From an uncultured delta proteobacterium (GTDB lineage Bacteria; Desulfobacterota; Desulfuromonadia; Desulfuromonadales; JACZKF01), in the NCBI GenBank assembly GCA_963816395.1, contig CAWFKQ010000010.1, positions 96,001 to 160,000 on the forward strand: 64,000 nt of DNA, read 5' to 3'. The notes under the pieces are model-generated. The model saw nothing but the letters and a program-made list of their open reading frames with translations, ran no database searches and had not been told where the DNA came from. The translations under genes and the position numbers were made by a program. Of this stretch, positions 49,276 to 61,493 are shown piece after piece; position 1 is the stretch's first letter; each line of letters begins with the position of its first letter.

Positions 49276-49815
49276 ATGTCAAGAATCGGGAAAAAGCCCA
49301 TTCCTATTCCCGCCGGCGTCAAGGTGGCCCTGACCGAAAGGGCGATCAATGTGGAGGGCCCCAAGGGGATCCTCAAGCGGGATATCGCCAGCGGAGTCAG
49401 TGTCATTGTTGAGTCAGACAAGATCCTGATTGATCGGAAGGATGCCAGCAAACAGGCCGATGCCCTGCAGGGGCTGACCCGCACCCTGGTCGCCAATATG
49501 GTCGATGGGGTGACCAAAGGATTTGAAAAAGTCCTGGAGATAAACGGTGTCGGCTATCGGGCGGAGGTGAAGGGGACGATGATCAATCTCTCCCTTGGTT
49601 TTTCCCATCCGGTCGAATATCCGCTTCCTCAGGGGATCAGCGCCGAAGTGGAGAAACAGACCAAGATCACTGTCAAGGGCATCGATAAGGAGCTGGTAGG
49701 GGCGACCGCTGCCAAGATCCGCTCCTTCCGTGGCCCGGAGCCCTACAAAGGGAAGGGGATCAAATACGCCAGCGAGCGGATCCTCCGTAAGGCCGGCAAG
49801 ACCGGCAAGAAATAA
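49276..49815 (+). CDS. rplF: 50S ribosomal protein L6
   Basis: [20 protein letters not shown]. Confidence 0.98.
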   Translation: MSRIGKKPIPIPAGVKVALTERAINVEGPKGILKRDIASGVSVIVESDKILIDRKDASKQADALQGLTRTLVANMVDGVTKGFEKVLEINGVGYRAEVKGTMINLSLGFSHPVEYPLPQGISAEVEKQTKITVKGIDKELVGATAAKIRSFRGPEPYKGKGIKYASERILRKAGKTGKK

Positions 49816-49843
49816 ATAAGTAACCAGGGCAAGGAGAAGGACT

Positions 49844-50212
49844 GTGAACGTCGCGAGCAACAGGCGCCAGGCACGGCAGAAAAGACAAGTGCGGGTCCGC
49901 CGCAAGGTCCGCGGGACCAGCGAGCGTCCGCGGCTGTGCATTTTCCGCAGCGCTAGGCATATTTATGCCCAGATCATCGAGGACGGCAGCGGAATGACCT
50001 TGGTGGCAACCTCCACCCTGGCCAAGAATGTTGCCGAAGGCCGGGGGTACACCGGGAATTTGGAAGCGGCCAAGGCGGTCGGTGCGGACATCGCCCGTCA
50101 GGCCATGGAGAAGAATATCACGCAGGTGGTTTTCGACCGCAACGGCTTTCTTTACCATGGCCGAATCAAGGCGCTTGCCGATGCGGCCCGGGAAGCCGGA
50201 CTGTCTTTTTAG
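49844..50212 (+). CDS. rplR: 50S ribosomal protein L18
   Basis: [20 protein letters not shown]. Confidence 0.97.
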   Translation: MNVASNRRQARQKRQVRVRRKVRGTSERPRLCIFRSARHIYAQIIEDGSGMTLVATSTLAKNVAEGRGYTGNLEAAKAVGADIARQAMEKNITQVVFDRNGFLYHGRIKALADAAREAGLSF

Positions 50213-50223
50213 GGTAAAGGAGA

Positions 50224-50721
50224 ATGTCTTTGCTGCGCATCGATCCCAATGAACTGAATCTTACGGACCGGGTCATTCATATCAACCGCTGTGCCAAGGT
50301 CGTCAAGGGCGGCCGCCGCTTCAGCTTTTCCGCCTTGGTGGTGGTGGGTGACGGCCAGGGGCACGTGGGCTTCGGACTCGGCAAGGCGAGGGAGGTTCCG
50401 GAGGCAATCCGCAAAGGGGTTGAGCAGGCGAAGAAGAGCCTGGTCCGGGTCCCTCTCCGGGAGCGGACCATACCTTTCGACGTGGTTGGTAAATTCGGCG
50501 CCGGCAAGGTGCTCCTGAAACCGGCGTCTGCCGGTACCGGGGTGATCGCCGGCGGCGCTGCCCGAGCCGTTCTGGAGGTCGCCGGTGTCGGCGACATCCT
50601 CTCCAAATGCCTGGGCTCCAATAACCCGCACAATGTGGTGAAGGCGACCATGAACGCTCTGGGCCAGTTGAAGAGTGCCGAAGAGATCATGCGGCGCCGC
50701 GGGATTGCCGTCGGTCAATAA
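50224..50721 (+). CDS. rpsE: 30S ribosomal protein S5
   Basis: [27 protein letters not shown]. Confidence 0.98.
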   Translation: MSLLRIDPNELNLTDRVIHINRCAKVVKGGRRFSFSALVVVGDGQGHVGFGLGKAREVPEAIRKGVEQAKKSLVRVPLRERTIPFDVVGKFGAGKVLLKPASAGTGVIAGGAARAVLEVAGVGDILSKCLGSNNPHNVVKATMNALGQLKSAEEIMRRRGIAVGQ

Positions 50722-50744
50722 ACCGACCTGAGAAGGAGAGAGGC

Positions 50745-50924
50745 ATGGCTGGGCAGATCAAGGTAACACTGCGCAGGAGCGGTATCGGCCGCGAGGAGTA
50801 TTTCACCAGGGTTCTCCGAGGCCTAGGGTTGACCAAGCTGCATCAGACAGTGGTTCTTCCGGACTCGCCGGAAATCCGTGGAATGATTCGCAAGGTCTCC
50901 CATATGGTTTCGGTCGAGGAATGA
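50745..50924 (+). CDS. rpmD: 50S ribosomal protein L30
   Basis: Manual translation [33 protein letters not shown]. Confidence 0.95.
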   Translation: MAGQIKVTLRRSGIGREEYFTRVLRGLGLTKLHQTVVLPDSPEIRGMIRKVSHMVSVEE

Positions 50925-50940
50925 CATAAGGAATGCGAGC

Positions 50941-51381
50941 ATGGATCTGAGCAACCTGAAGCCGGCTATCGGCTCGACGAAAAACAGGAAGCGCATTGGC
51001 CGCGGCCAGGGCTCCGGCACCGGCAAAACAGCCGGCAAGGGGCACAAGGGACAGAAGGCCCGTAGCGGCGGCAGCATCAAGGCGGGTTTTGAAGGCGGCC
51101 AGATGCCGATGCATCGCCGTCTTCCCAAGCGTGGCTTCACCTCCCTCAACAAGAAGGTCTATGTCCTGGTCAACCTTGGCGACCTGGAGAACTTTGAGGC
51201 GGGGAGTGTAGTCGATCTGGAGGCCATGGGTAAGGCCGGTCTGGTCAAGAAACTCCAGGACGGAGTCAAAATTCTTGGCGATGGGGAAATTACCAAGGCC
51301 CTGACCGTGCAGGCCCACAAGTTCAGCAAGTCGGCCCTCGAGAAAATTGCGGCGGCCGGCGGCAAAGCCGAGGTCATCTAA
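50941..51381 (+). CDS. rplO: 50S ribosomal protein L15
   Basis: [23 protein letters not shown]. Confidence 0.98.
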   Translation: MDLSNLKPAIGSTKNRKRIGRGQGSGTGKTAGKGHKGQKARSGGSIKAGFEGGQMPMHRRLPKRGFTSLNKKVYVLVNLGDLENFEAGSVVDLEAMGKAGLVKKLQDGVKILGDGEITKALTVQAHKFSKSALEKIAAAGGKAEVI

Positions 51382-51382
51382 A

Positions 51383-52693
51383 TTGATTTCCAGCATTCAG
51401 AACATCTTCAATATTCCCGAGCTGCGCCGTCGCATCCTTTTCACCCTTGGCATGCTGGCGGTTTACCGGGTCGGGTGCCACGTACCGGTCCCTGGGGTTG
51501 ACGCCACGGTCCTGGCGACCTTCTTTCAGGGAACCCAGGGGACCCTGCTGGGGTTGGTCAGCGCCTTCACCGGCGGGGCTCTGCAGCGGATGACGGTTTT
51601 CGCCCTCGGCATAATGCCCTACATCAGTGCCTCCATTATCCTGCAGCTGCTCACAGTCGTTTTTGAGCCTGTGGAGCGACTGGCCAAGGAGGGTGAGCAG
51701 GGGCGCAAGACGATCACCAAGTGGACCCGTTACGGGACGGTTATCCTGTCCGTCATACAGGGTACCGGCATTGCCGTCGGTCTGCAGACCATGCGCGGCC
51801 CAGGCGGGCAACCCGTCGTTCCCGATCAGGGGATTGGCTTCATCCTGCTCACCGTAATTACCCTCACCGCCGGTACTGCTTTCATTATGTGGCTCGGGGA
51901 GCAGATCACTGAGCGGGGGATCGGCAACGGCATTTCCCTGATCATCTTCGCCGGCATCATTGCCGGTATTCCGGCGGCGATCGTCAACTCGATACGCCTT
52001 ATCAATACTGGTGCCATTTCGCTAATGATCATGCTAATGATCCTGGTCATCATGATCATCGTTGTCGCAGCCATCATTTTTATGGAGCGAGGGCAGCGAA
52101 GGGTGCCGATCCACTATGCCAAACGCGTTGTCGGCATGCGCAGCTATGGAGGCCAGACCAGCCATCTGCCGCTCAAGGTTAATATGAGCGGGGTTATCCC
52201 ACCGATTTTCGCCAGTTCCATCATCATGTTTCCGGCCACGGTTGCCAACCTTGTCGACATCCCCTGGGTTAAGTCGATCTCGGCTATGATGACGCCTTCG
52301 CATTGGCTTTATAACCTTTTTTATGTTGCTTTTATAATCTTCTTCTGCTACTTCTACACGGCTGTAACTTTTAACCCGGTCGATGTGGCGGACAATATCA
52401 AGAAGCAGGGCGGCTACATCCCCGGCATCCGGCCAGGCAAGGCGACAGCGGAGTATATCGACACGGTGCTGAGCCGGCTCACCTTCGCCGGTGCTCTGTA
52501 TGTGTCCGCCGTCTGCGTGCTGCCGACCATTATGATCAGCAAGCTGAATGTCCCCTTCTTCTTCGGCGGGACCTCGCTGCTTATCGTGGTCGGCGTTGGA
52601 CTTGACACTGCCGCGCAGATCGAAGCGCACCTGATCTCGCGCTCCTATGAGGGTTTTATGAAAGGCGTCACCCTTAAGGGACGTCGGAGCTAG
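51383..52693 (+). CDS. secY: Preprotein translocase subunit SecY
   Basis: FALGIMPYISASII, GIGNGISLIIF, IPGIRPG, GGTSLLIVV. Confidence 0.98.
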   Translation: MISSIQNIFNIPELRRRILFTLGMLAVYRVGCHVPVPGVDATVLATFFQGTQGTLLGLVSAFTGGALQRMTVFALGIMPYISASIILQLLTVVFEPVERLAKEGEQGRKTITKWTRYGTVILSVIQGTGIAVGLQTMRGPGGQPVVPDQGIGFILLTVITLTAGTAFIMWLGEQITERGIGNGISLIIFAGIIAGIPAAIVNSIRLINTGAISLMIMLMILVIMIIVVAAIIFMERGQRRVPIHYAKRVVGMRSYGGQTSHLPLKVNMSGVIPPIFASSIIMFPATVANLVDIPWVKSISAMMTPSHWLYNLFYVAFIIFFCYFYTAVTFNPVDVADNIKKQGGYIPGIRPGKATAEYIDTVLSRLTFAGALYVSAVCVLPTIMISKLNVPFFFGGTSLLIVVGVGLDTAAQIEAHLISRSYEGFMKGVTLKGRRS

Positions 52694-52702
52694 GATAAGG
52701 CG

Positions 52703-53350
52703 ATGAAGTTGATTCTTCTCGGCCCGCCCGGAGCTGGAAAGGGAACTCAGGCCAAGATGTTGACAGAGCGCTTTGGTATCCCGCAGATCTCGACGGGGGA
52801 TATTCTGCGCGCTGCCGTCAAGGAAGGGACCCCCATGGGGGTCGAAGCCAAGTCTTTCATGGAAGCCGGAGCTTTGGTGCCAGATGAGGTGGTTGTCGGG
52901 ATTGTGCGGGAGCGTCTGCAGAAGGCTGATTGTGCCAAGGGGTTCATTCTCGACGGCTTCCCCCGGACTGTCCCTCAGGCGGATTCTCTTCAAGATACCT
53001 TGCACCATCTCGGGAAGGAACTTGATGCAGTGATCTCCCTGGTAGTCGACGCCGATGCCCTGGTGGAACGGCTGACCGGCCGACGCACTTGCCGGCAGTG
53101 CGGTCGCGGCTATCATGTTAAATTCGACCCGCCGCAGGTACCCGGCCGTTGTGATGCCTGCGGTGGCGAACTGTACCAGCGCGACGACGATAAGGAAGCA
53201 ACAATCCGCAAGCGCCTGCAGGTCTACGACGATCAGACCGCACCCCTAGCCGCGTATTATCGGGAAAAAGGCCTGCTGATAACGATTGATGGGATGCAGG
53301 AGATGGGAGTCGTGCAGGAGCATATCCTGTCCTCCTTACGGGCTGAGTAA
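52703..53350 (+). CDS. adk: Adenylate kinase (Zn-LID type)
   Basis: [25 protein letters not shown]. Confidence 0.97.
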   Translation: MKLILLGPPGAGKGTQAKMLTERFGIPQISTGDILRAAVKEGTPMGVEAKSFMEAGALVPDEVVVGIVRERLQKADCAKGFILDGFPRTVPQADSLQDTLHHLGKELDAVISLVVDADALVERLTGRRTCRQCGRGYHVKFDPPQVPGRCDACGGELYQRDDDKEATIRKRLQVYDDQTAPLAAYYREKGLLITIDGMQEMGVVQEHILSSLRAE

Positions 53351-53352
53351 AA

Positions 53353-54100
53353 TTGATCATTCTTAAATCCCGCGACGAGGTCAAGCGAATGCGGGCGGCC
53401 GGACTGATCGTCGCGGAAATTCTTGAGTTGCTGCGGCAGCAGGTTGGCCCCGGCGTAACTACCGGCGAACTGGACCGCTTCGCCGAGGCGGAATGCCGGA
53501 AGCGGCAAGCCATTCCAGCTTTCAAAGGCTACGGTGGTTTCCCATATACCATCTGTGCCTCGCCCAACGAGAAAGTGGTGCATGGTTTCGCCGACGAGAA
53601 GCCGCTGAATGAGGGTGACATTCTGAGTATCGATTTCGGCGTGGTTTACCACGGTTTTTATGGGGACGCCGCTATCACCGTTCCGGTAGGGAAGATAGAT
53701 CAGGAGAAAGATCGCCTGCTGCGGACAACTCGCCGCTCCCTCGACCTGGCGGTGTCTGCAGCGGTGCCTGGAGGACGGCTCTCTGATATCTCGCATGCCG
53801 TACAGACCTGCGTCGAGCGTGAGGGGTTCAGCGTGGTGCGGGATTTTGTAGGTCATGGCATCGGCCGGCAGTTGCACGAGCCACCACAGATTCCGAATTT
53901 TGGTTCGCCCGGGCAGGGACCACGGTTGAAGATCGGTATGACTCTGGCTATTGAGCCGATGATCAATGCCGGTGGTTTTCAGGTAAAGATCCTGGCGGAT
54001 GGCTGGACGGCGGTCACCATTGACGGCAAACCGTCGGCGCATTTTGAGCATACTGTCGCCATTACCGACCAGGGCCCGGAAATACTCACCACGAATTTAG
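53353..54100 (+). CDS. map: Type I methionine aminopeptidase (insertion at 54091 hides stop TAG 54098-54100)
   Basis: VVHG, IDFG..GDAA, GHGIG..HE, AIEPMI, AHFEHT. Confidence 0.95.
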
Positions 54101-54172
54101 TGCCCGGCCGACCGGTGGCGCGAAAACCGGGATTCTACTGTTCATCGCCTAGCCAAGGCAAAGGAAACAATC

Positions 54173-54286
54173 ATGAAAGTTCGAGCTTCCGTAAAGACGA
54201 TCTGCGACAAATGCAAGGTCATCAGACGCAAAGGGGTCGTCAGGATCATCTGTGAAAACCCCAAGCATAAGCAGAGACAGGGATAA
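54173..54286 (+). CDS. rpmJ: 50S ribosomal protein L36
   Basis: Manual translation [37 protein letters not shown]. Confidence 0.97.
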   Translation: MKVRASVKTICDKCKVIRRKGVVRIICENPKHKQRQG

Positions 54287-54301
54287 AGGGAGGACGAGAC
54301 A

Positions 54302-54670
54302 TTGGCACGCATCGCTGGTATCGATTTACCGAGAAATAAACGGATTGAGGTGGCTCTCACCTACATCTACGGCATCGGCCGTCCTTCGTCCCAGAAAATT
54401 CTCACCAAGGCCGGAGTGGATCTAAATACCCGCACGGATGATCTGACTGAGGTGGAGGTCGCCAAAATCCGCGAAATTATCGATCGTGAGTTTAAGGTCG
54501 AAGGTGACCTGCGGCGGGATGTGACTACCAATATCAAGCGGCTCATGGATCTGGGTTGCTATCGCGGCCTGCGTCATCGCCGGGGATTACCCGCCCGGGG
54601 GCAACGGACCAAGACCAATGCCCGTACCCGTAAGGGGCCTCGTAAGACCGTGGCCGGCAAGAAGAAATAA
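54302..54670 (+). CDS. rpsM: 30S ribosomal protein S13
   Basis: [23 protein letters not shown]. Confidence 0.98.
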   Translation: MARIAGIDLPRNKRIEVALTYIYGIGRPSSQKILTKAGVDLNTRTDDLTEVEVAKIREIIDREFKVEGDLRRDVTTNIKRLMDLGCYRGLRHRRGLPARGQRTKTNARTRKGPRKTVAGKKK

Positions 54671-54681
54671 TTGGAGGAACG

Positions 54682-55077
54682 ATGGCTAAGGCAGGCAAGA
54701 AAGTCACCAGAAAAAAAGTCGAGAAGAAGAATATCGCCAATGGAGTGGCTCATATCCAGGCGACTTTCAATAACACCATCGTCACCATCACCGATGTTGC
54801 CGGTAATGTGATTTCCTGGTCCACCTGCGGCACCAAGGGATTCAAGGGCTCACGCAAGAGCACTCCCTTCGCCGCCCAGGTGGCGGCTGAAGATGCCGCC
54901 AAGAAAGCCCAGGAGCACGGCCTGCGCAGTATCGAGGTGCACGTCAAGGGACCGGGCGCCGGTCGGGAATCCGCTCTGAGAGCCCTGCAGGCGGCCGGTT
55001 TGACAGTGACCGTGATCAAGGATGTGACCCCGATCCCCCATAACGGTTGCCGCCCCCCCAAACGCAGAAGAGTTTAA
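54682..55077 (+). CDS. rpsK: 30S ribosomal protein S11
   Basis: [29 protein letters not shown]. Confidence 0.98.
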   Translation: MAKAGKKVTRKKVEKKNIANGVAHIQATFNNTIVTITDVAGNVISWSTCGTKGFKGSRKSTPFAAQVAAEDAAKKAQEHGLRSIEVHVKGPGAGRESALRALQAAGLTVTVIKDVTPIPHNGCRPPKRRRV

Positions 55078-55097
55078 CAGACCAAGGAGGTTGAACG

Positions 55098-55727
55098 TTG
55101 GCTAGATACACTGGTCCTGTCTGCCGGCAGTGCCGACGGGAAAATATGAAGCTGTTCCTCAAGGGGGACAGGTGCCATACCGACAAATGTGCCGTCGAGC
55201 GCCGGAATTACGCGCCCGGCCAGCACGGCCAGGGGCGCGTCAAGGTTACCGATTACGGGACCCAGTTGCGGGAGAAGCAGCGGGTCAAGCGCACCTACGG
55301 CCTGCTTGAAGCACAATTCCGCGCCTATTTCGAAATGGCGGATCGGATGAAAGGGGTGACTGGTGAAACTTTCCTGGTCCTTCTCGAACGCCGGCTCGAC
55401 AGCATCGTCTATCGTCTCGGTTTCGGCACCTCCCGCAATGAGGCACGCCTTCTCGTGCGGCAGGGGCATTTCCTGGTGAACGGGCGCAAAGTCAACGTCC
55501 CCTCCTACTTGGTGCGACCCGGCGATGTCGTTGAACTGCGTGAAAAGAGCCGCAAGGTCGGCCGGATCAATGAGGCCCTTGACGGCGTCATGCGACGGGG
55601 TGTTCCCTCATGGCTCGAATTGGATCGGGCCGCCTTCAAGGGGACTGTCAAGACGCTGCCGATCCGCGAAGAGATGACCACTCCGACCTTCCAGGAGCAT
55701 CTCATCGTCGAGCTCTATTCCAAGTAG
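55098..55727 (+). CDS. rpsD: 30S ribosomal protein S4
   Basis: QLREKQ, LERRLD, IVELYSK. Confidence 0.98.
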   Translation: MARYTGPVCRQCRRENMKLFLKGDRCHTDKCAVERRNYAPGQHGQGRVKVTDYGTQLREKQRVKRTYGLLEAQFRAYFEMADRMKGVTGETFLVLLERRLDSIVYRLGFGTSRNEARLLVRQGHFLVNGRKVNVPSYLVRPGDVVELREKSRKVGRINEALDGVMRRGVPSWLELDRAAFKGTVKTLPIREEMTTPTFQEHLIVELYSK

Positions 55728-55766
55728 TGCCGACATTAGCTGAGACCTCATCACGGGAGGAAACGA

Positions 55767-56784
55767 ATGTATAAAAACTGGAGAGACCTTATCAAGCCCA
55801 AGCGCCTCCAGGTTGAAACGGAGACCCTCTCCGATACTTACGGCAAGTTTTATGCGGAGCCGTTCGAGCGTGGTTTCGGTACCACCCTCGGCAACTCCCT
55901 GCGCCGGGTGCTCCTCTCCTCCCTTCAGGGTGCCGCCATCACCTCCATCCGCATCAAGGGCGTGCTGCACGAGTTTTCCACTGTTCCCGGGGTCACCGAG
56001 GATGTGACCGATATCATCCTCAACCTGAAGGGGGTCCTCCTCAAACTGCACGGGCAGGACAGCCGTAATATACGGATACTCAAAAAGGGTGCCGGGGTGA
56101 TTACCGCTGGCGATATCATTCATGACTCGCATGTGGAAATTCTCAACCCCGAACACCACATCGCCACCTGCTCCAAGGAGGCGGATGTCGAAATGGACCT
56201 GGTGGTCGCTTTGGGGAAAGGGTACGTACCGGCAGAGCGCAACCGCGACGAGAAAGCGCCGGTTGGGACAATCCCTATTGATGCAATATTTTCGCCGACC
56301 AAAAAGGTAAATTTCGCGGTCACCAATGCCCGGGTCGGTCAGATTACCGATTATGACAAGTTGACCCTTGAAGTTGTGACCGACGGCAGCGTCAAACCCG
56401 ATGATGCGGTGGCCTTTGCCGCCAAAATCCTCAAGGAGCAACTTCAGATCTTCATAAACTTCGATGAAGAAATTGAGGAATCGGAAAAAGAAATAACCGA
56501 GGAGAGCCGGCGGATCAACGAGAACCTCTACCGTTCGCGTCGATGAATTGGAATTATCCGTACGCAGCGCTAATTGTCTGAAGAACGCGGATATCCGGTT
56601 GATCGGTGACCTCGTGCAGAGAACCGAGGCGGAAATGTTGAAAACCCAGAACTTCGGTCGCAAGTCACTCAACGAAATCAAGGATATCCTGGCCGAGATG
56701 GGACTTACCCTTGGTCTGAAGCTGGAAAATTTCCCCGACCCTGAGTACATGAAGATGATCCAGAAGGGGCGGGAGGAAGCCTGA
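55767..56784 (+). CDS. rpoA: RNA polymerase subunit alpha (insertion at 56538)
   Basis: [36 protein letters not shown] in the shifted frame. Confidence 0.97.
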
Positions 56785-56825
56785 TCCCGCGGTTGACGGA
56801 TTAAACAGGAAAGGACAACGGAACC

Positions 56826-57336
56826 ATGCGTCACAATAAATCGGGCAAGCGGCTCGGCCGAAATTCCAGCAACCGCAGAGCCATGCTGCACAATATGGTG
56901 ACTTCGCTGATCGACCATGAGAAGATCACTACCACAGATATCCGTGCCAAGGAACTGCGCAAACTCGCCGATCGGCTGATCACACTCGGCAAGCGGGGTG
57001 ATCTGCATGCACGGCGCCAGGTCCTGGCCGTAATCCGCGACCGAAAGGTGGTGGCTAAGCTGTTTGATCAGGTCGGGCCCCGCTACAAGGATCGCCCAGG
57101 CGGGTATACCCGTATCTATAAACTCGGCAGCCGCCTTGGCGACAATGCTCCCCTATCCCAGATTGAGCTGGTGGAAGAGGAATTCACTGCCAAGCCGCGC
57201 AAACAGGCATCCTGCGGCCGAGACCGAGGTGAAAACCACTCCGGCCAGAGAAAAAGGCGAAGCTGCAAAAGTCGCCGACGCTCAGAAGACGTCTGCCCAA
57301 TCGGCAGTTGGGGAAGCGGATAAGGCCGAGGACTAA
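56826..57336 (+). CDS. rplQ: 50S ribosomal protein L17 with Ala/Glu/Lys-rich tail (insertion at 57210)
   Basis: [20 protein letters not shown]. Confidence 0.96.
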
Positions 57337-57358
57337 TTCACTGCATGGATTTCCAGGT

Positions 57359-57390
57359 AAAAAGGGCAAGGAGCAATCCTTGCCCTTTTT
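57359..57390 (+). terminator. Rho-independent terminator ending the ribosomal superoperon
   Basis: AAAAAGGGCAAGGA-GCAA-TCCTTGCCCTTTTT. Confidence 0.85.
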
Positions 57391-57440
57391 GCTGGAATCA
57401 GCTCTCCGATCATTTCCCCACCTCCCCTCCCGCCGTTTTC

Positions 57441-57469
57441 TTGACGCTCCGCCGCATTCATGGTAACCT
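57441..57469 (+). promoter_or_regulatory. Putative sigma70 promoter of the trp operon
   Basis: TTGACG-17-TAACCT with extended TG. Confidence 0.55.
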
Positions 57470-57501
57470 GACCCACTTCAAATTCCGGAGCTTTCCCGCC
57501 C

Positions 57502-58983
57502 ATGTACAGTCCCACTCAGGACGAATTCTGCCGCCTGGCCGAGCAGGGAAACCTGATACCGGTCTACCGGGAAATCCTGGCCGACATGGAGACCCCCGTC
57601 TCCGCTTTCCGCAAAATCGATGATTGCCGGACTTCCTTTCTCCTCGAATCGATCGAAGGGGGAGAGAAGTGGGCTCGCTATTCATTTTTGGGAAGCGGTC
57701 CGGGAAAAGTTTTCCGTTGCCGCGGCCGCTGCTTCGAGGTTGTCGAAGACGGGCAAGTATTGCACGCCGGCGAAGCCGACGACCCGCTGTCTCAGTTGAA
57801 AGCCTTTCTGGCCCCTTATCGCCCGGTTGAACTCCCTGGTCTGCCGCGTTTCTTTGGCGGAGCGGTGGGCTATCTGGGCTATGACATGGTCCGTTTCATC
57901 GAACAGCTTCCGGACACTAACCCTAAGGAAATCGGTGCCTTTGATGCATGTTTCCTACTCACCGAGAAGTTGCTTATTTTCGATAATAGACGGCAAAAGG
58001 TGAAGATCGTCTGCAATGTCCATCTGCAGTCGGGGGAGGATCCAGCTGAGGCCTGGAGGCGAGGAACGGAGGAGATCGAAGCGCTAATTGCCCGTCTGCG
58101 CGCCCCTCTGCCGAGCCGTCAGGGAAACTCCCGGCCCGAATCGCCGCCGGAACTGGTACCCAACTTCACCCGTGCCGAATTTATGGCGGCGGTGGAGCGA
58201 TGCAAGGAATACGTGCACGCCGGTGATGTGATCCAGGTCGTCCTCTCGCAGCGCTTCTCCGGCCCCCTGGCGGCCGATCCCTTTGATGTCTATCGTGCAC
58301 TGCGCACCATCAATCCTTCCCCTTACATGTTCTTTCTCCGCTTCGACGACACCCTGGTGGTCGGTGCTTCACCCGAGGTGCTGGTTCGCAAGGAAGGGGA
58401 ACAGGTGGAAGTGCGGCCGATCGCCGGTACCAGACCGCGCGGCGCCTCGCAGGAAGCTGATCTGTTGCTGGAAAGGGAACTCCTCGCCGATCCGAAGGAA
58501 TGCGCCGAGCACATCATGCTGGTCGACCTCGGGCGCAACGATCTGGGGAGGGTATGCCGGACCGGAAGCGTTGCGGTGAGCGAGTTGATGGTGGTTGAGC
58601 GCTATTCCCACGTCATGCATATCGTTTCGAACGTCCGGGGCATGCTCGAGCCGGGGAAGGATTCCTTCGACGTCTTCCGTGCCGCTTTCCCGGCCGGCAC
58701 CCTCTCCGGGGCGCCGAAGATCCGCGCCATGGAAATCATCGAGGAACTTGAGCCGTGCCGGCGAGAGATCTATGGCGGAGCGGTCGGTTATTTTTCCTTC
58801 TCCGGGAACATGGACATGGCGATTGCCATCCGCACCATGGTGGTTCAGGGCGATCGGCTATATCTGCAGGCCGGGGCGGGAATCGTCGCTGACAGCGATG
58901 CCGGCACCGAATATCAGGAAACCTTGAACAAAGCTCAAGGGGCATTGAAGGCTCTGCAGATGGCTCGAGAGGGGCTCGACTGA
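57502..58983 (+). CDS. trpE: Anthranilate synthase component I
   Basis: [44 protein letters not shown]. Confidence 0.95.
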   Translation: MYSPTQDEFCRLAEQGNLIPVYREILADMETPVSAFRKIDDCRTSFLLESIEGGEKWARYSFLGSGPGKVFRCRGRCFEVVEDGQVLHAGEADDPLSQLKAFLAPYRPVELPGLPRFFGGAVGYLGYDMVRFIEQLPDTNPKEIGAFDACFLLTEKLLIFDNRRQKVKIVCNVHLQSGEDPAEAWRRGTEEIEALIARLRAPLPSRQGNSRPESPPELVPNFTRAEFMAAVERCKEYVHAGDVIQVVLSQRFSGPLAADPFDVYRALRTINPSPYMFFLRFDDTLVVGASPEVLVRKEGEQVEVRPIAGTRPRGASQEADLLLERELLADPKECAEHIMLVDLGRNDLGRVCRTGSVAVSELMVVERYSHVMHIVSNVRGMLEPGKDSFDVFRAAFPAGTLSGAPKIRAMEIIEELEPCRREIYGGAVGYFSFSGNMDMAIAIRTMVVQGDRLYLQAGAGIVADSDAGTEYQETLNKAQGALKALQMAREGLD

Positions 58984-58984
58984 C

Positions 58985-59551
58985 ATGTTGCTGATGATCG
59001 ACAATTATGACTCTTTCACCTACAACCTGGTGCAGTATTTCCGGGAATTGGGAACGGCGGTCGAGGTTTTCCGCAACGATGCCATCACGGTCGACGAAAT
59101 CGCCGCCAAAAGGCCTCGGCGCCTGGTGATATCTCCCGGGCCCTGCTCCCCTGCGGAGGCAGGGATTTCGGTGCGGGCAATCCAGGAATTGGCTGGGGAA
59201 ATGCCCCTGCTCGGGGTATGCCTCGGGCATCAGTCGATCGGCCAGGCTTTCGGCGGCCGGATCGTGCGTGCCGGCCGCCTGATGCATGGCAAAACCAGCC
59301 CCATCCACCACGATGGTAGCGGCCTTTTCGGCGGGCTCCCCGAACCTTTCGAGGCAACCCGCTATCATTCCCTGCTGGTCGAAAGGGAAAGCCTGCCGAG
59401 TTGCCTGCGGGTAACCGCTTGGACGGCCGAGGGGGAGATCATGGGAATGGAGCACCGGGAGTTGCCGGTCTGGGGGGTGCAGTTCCACCCCGAGTCGATC
59501 CTGACGGTCGAGGGGAAACGACTGCTGCGGAATTTTCTCGACCTGACCTGA
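58985..59551 (+). CDS. trpG: Anthranilate synthase component II (glutamine amidotransferase)
   Basis: [28 protein letters not shown]. Confidence 0.95.
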   Translation: MLLMIDNYDSFTYNLVQYFRELGTAVEVFRNDAITVDEIAAKRPRRLVISPGPCSPAEAGISVRAIQELAGEMPLLGVCLGHQSIGQAFGGRIVRAGRLMHGKTSPIHHDGSGLFGGLPEPFEATRYHSLLVERESLPSCLRVTAWTAEGEIMGMEHRELPVWGVQFHPESILTVEGKRLLRNFLDLT

Positions 59552-59562
59552 ATGCGATCAAT

Positions 59563-59616
59563 GGAGGGGCAGTTCTTGTGCCTGCCTTTCCGGGCGAACA
59601 CGAGGTTTGCCCCTAC
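59563..59616. repeat. REP-like palindrome doublet (GTAG family)
   Basis: Minus strand GTAGGGGCAAACCTCGTGTTCGCCC facing a degenerate plus-strand GGAGGGGCAGTTCTTGTGCCTGCC. Confidence 0.6.
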
Positions 59617-59628
59617 AGGGGAATGCTC

Positions 59629-60678
59629 ATGATCAAAAAAGCTATCGCCAGGGTTGTAGAACGGCAGGATCTCTCCGAGGTGGAGATGATCGAGGTGATG
59701 GATCAGATCATGGGCGGGGAAGCGACCCCTGCCCAGGTCGCGGGTTTCATCACCGCCCTTCGCATGAAGGGAGAAACGGTCGCCGAAATTACCGGCGCCG
59801 CCCGGGTGATGCGGGCGCGGTCGACCCCGATCCAGGCCGGCCGGGTGCTGGATCTCGACCGCGACGACATAAATATCGACCGGGAGACTATTCTCGACAC
59901 CTGCGGCACCGGCGGCAGCGGCACCAAAAGCTTCAACATCTCTACTACCGTCGCCCTGGTGGTCGCCGCCTGCGGAGTGAAGGTGGCCAAACACGGGAAT
60001 CGCAGCGTGTCTTCCGCCTGCGGCAGCGCCGACGTGCTGGAGGCGCTCGGGGTTAACCTGGACGTCCCGCCGCCGGTGGTCGAGCGCTGCATCGACGAGT
60101 TGGGTGTAGGTTTTCTGTTTGCGCCGGCCCTGCACGGGGCGATGAAGCACGCCATCGGTCCACGCAAGGAGATCGGTATCCGTACCATTTTCAATATTCT
60201 CGGACCGCTGACCAATCCGGCCAAGGCCGATCGCCAGGTGCTCGGTGTCTACAGAGAGGATTTGGTGGAGATCCTCGCCCGGGTGCTGACCAACCTCGGC
60301 TGTCGCCGGGGCTATGTGGTGCATGGTCTGGATGGAATGGACGAAATCACCCTTACCGCCCCAACCCGGGTGGGTGAGATCCGCGCTGGCGAGGTCGTCC
60401 TCAAAACCGTGGCCCCGGAGGATTTCGGCATGGTGCGCTGCGATCTGGCGCATCTGCAGGGGGGAGATGCAGTTCGCAATGCCACCATTGTCCGTGGGGT
60501 GCTCGCCGGGGAGAAGGGACCGCGCCGGGACGTGGTCATCCTCAATGCGGCTTTTGCTTTGGCGGCGGCCGGCGTGACGGAGGAAATTGGCGGCGGAATC
60601 GAGCGGGCCGCCGAAGCGATCGATTCCGGACGCGGGCTTGAAAAACTCGATGGTCTGGTACGAATGACCAACGAATGA
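59629..60678 (+). CDS. trpD: Anthranilate phosphoribosyltransferase
   Basis: [26 protein letters not shown]. Confidence 0.96.
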   Translation: MIKKAIARVVERQDLSEVEMIEVMDQIMGGEATPAQVAGFITALRMKGETVAEITGAARVMRARSTPIQAGRVLDLDRDDINIDRETILDTCGTGGSGTKSFNISTTVALVVAACGVKVAKHGNRSVSSACGSADVLEALGVNLDVPPPVVERCIDELGVGFLFAPALHGAMKHAIGPRKEIGIRTIFNILGPLTNPAKADRQVLGVYREDLVEILARVLTNLGCRRGYVVHGLDGMDEITLTAPTRVGEIRAGEVVLKTVAPEDFGMVRCDLAHLQGGDAVRNATIVRGVLAGEKGPRRDVVILNAAFALAAAGVTEEIGGGIERAAEAIDSGRGLEKLDGLVRMTNE

Positions 60679-60694
60679 AGCTGAGCCTTATCTG

Positions 60695-61480
60695 ATGATT
60701 CTCGACGATATACTGCAAAATAAACGGCAGGAGGTTGCGGCGGCCAAAGTGGCCGTTCCCCTGACTCATCTACAGAGCCGCTGCCGCGAGTTGCCGGCGC
60801 CGCGCGGCTTTGCCGAGATCCTGAGAGAACGGGCGGCGACCGGCACAGCGATCATCGCCGAGGTGAAAAAGGGGTCCCCGTCACGGGGGGTGATCCGGGC
60901 CGATTTCGACCCGGTTGCTATCGCCCGCGGTTACCAGGCGGCGGGGGCGGCCTGTCTGTCTGTTCTCACCGACCATCGTTATTTCGGCGGCGAATTGAGC
61001 TTTCTGCAGGCGATCGCTGCTGCCGTCGCCCTGCCGCTGTTGCGCAAGGATTTTATCATCGATCCGTACCAACTCTATGAGGCGCGGGCGCACCGTGCCG
61101 ATGCCGTCCTGCTGATCGCCGCTGCGCTCGACCTGTCGGCTTTGCGCGAGTTGGCCGCTCTGGCTACCGAACTGGGGCTCGACGTACTGCTCGAGGTCCA
61201 CGATGCACAGGAGTTGGAGAATGCCCTGTCGGTGCCGGTGCCGCTGATCGGCATCAATAACCGCAATCTGCAAACTTTCGCCACCGATCTGGCGATTACC
61301 GAGCGGCTGGCACCGCAAATCCCCGCCGATCGCCTGGTGGTGGCCGAGAGCGGCATTGCCGGGCGGAGCGACATCGAGCGCCTGCGGGCAGCCGGTGCGG
61401 AGGCCTTCCTGATCGGCGAGACCTTGATGCGCGAGGCGGATTTCTCGGCCAAGTTGCGTGAATTGCTAACGGCAGAATGA
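60695..61480 (+). CDS. trpC: Indole-3-glycerol phosphate synthase
   Basis: [30 protein letters not shown]. Confidence 0.96.
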   Translation: MILDDILQNKRQEVAAAKVAVPLTHLQSRCRELPAPRGFAEILRERAATGTAIIAEVKKGSPSRGVIRADFDPVAIARGYQAAGAACLSVLTDHRYFGGELSFLQAIAAAVALPLLRKDFIIDPYQLYEARAHRADAVLLIAAALDLSALRELAALATELGLDVLLEVHDAQELENALSVPVPLIGINNRNLQTFATDLAITERLAPQIPADRLVVAESGIAGRSDIERLRAAGAEAFLIGETLMREADFSAKLRELLTAE

Positions 61481-61493
61481 ATGGAGGTGCTCA

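Noticed and set aside
54100..54173. Absence of infA between map and rpmJ
   Set aside because: infA is located elsewhere in many bacteria; not anomalous
54091..54255. C-terminal extension of Map overlapping rpmJ
   Set aside because: Removing one inserted base gives EILTRI* at 54098-54100
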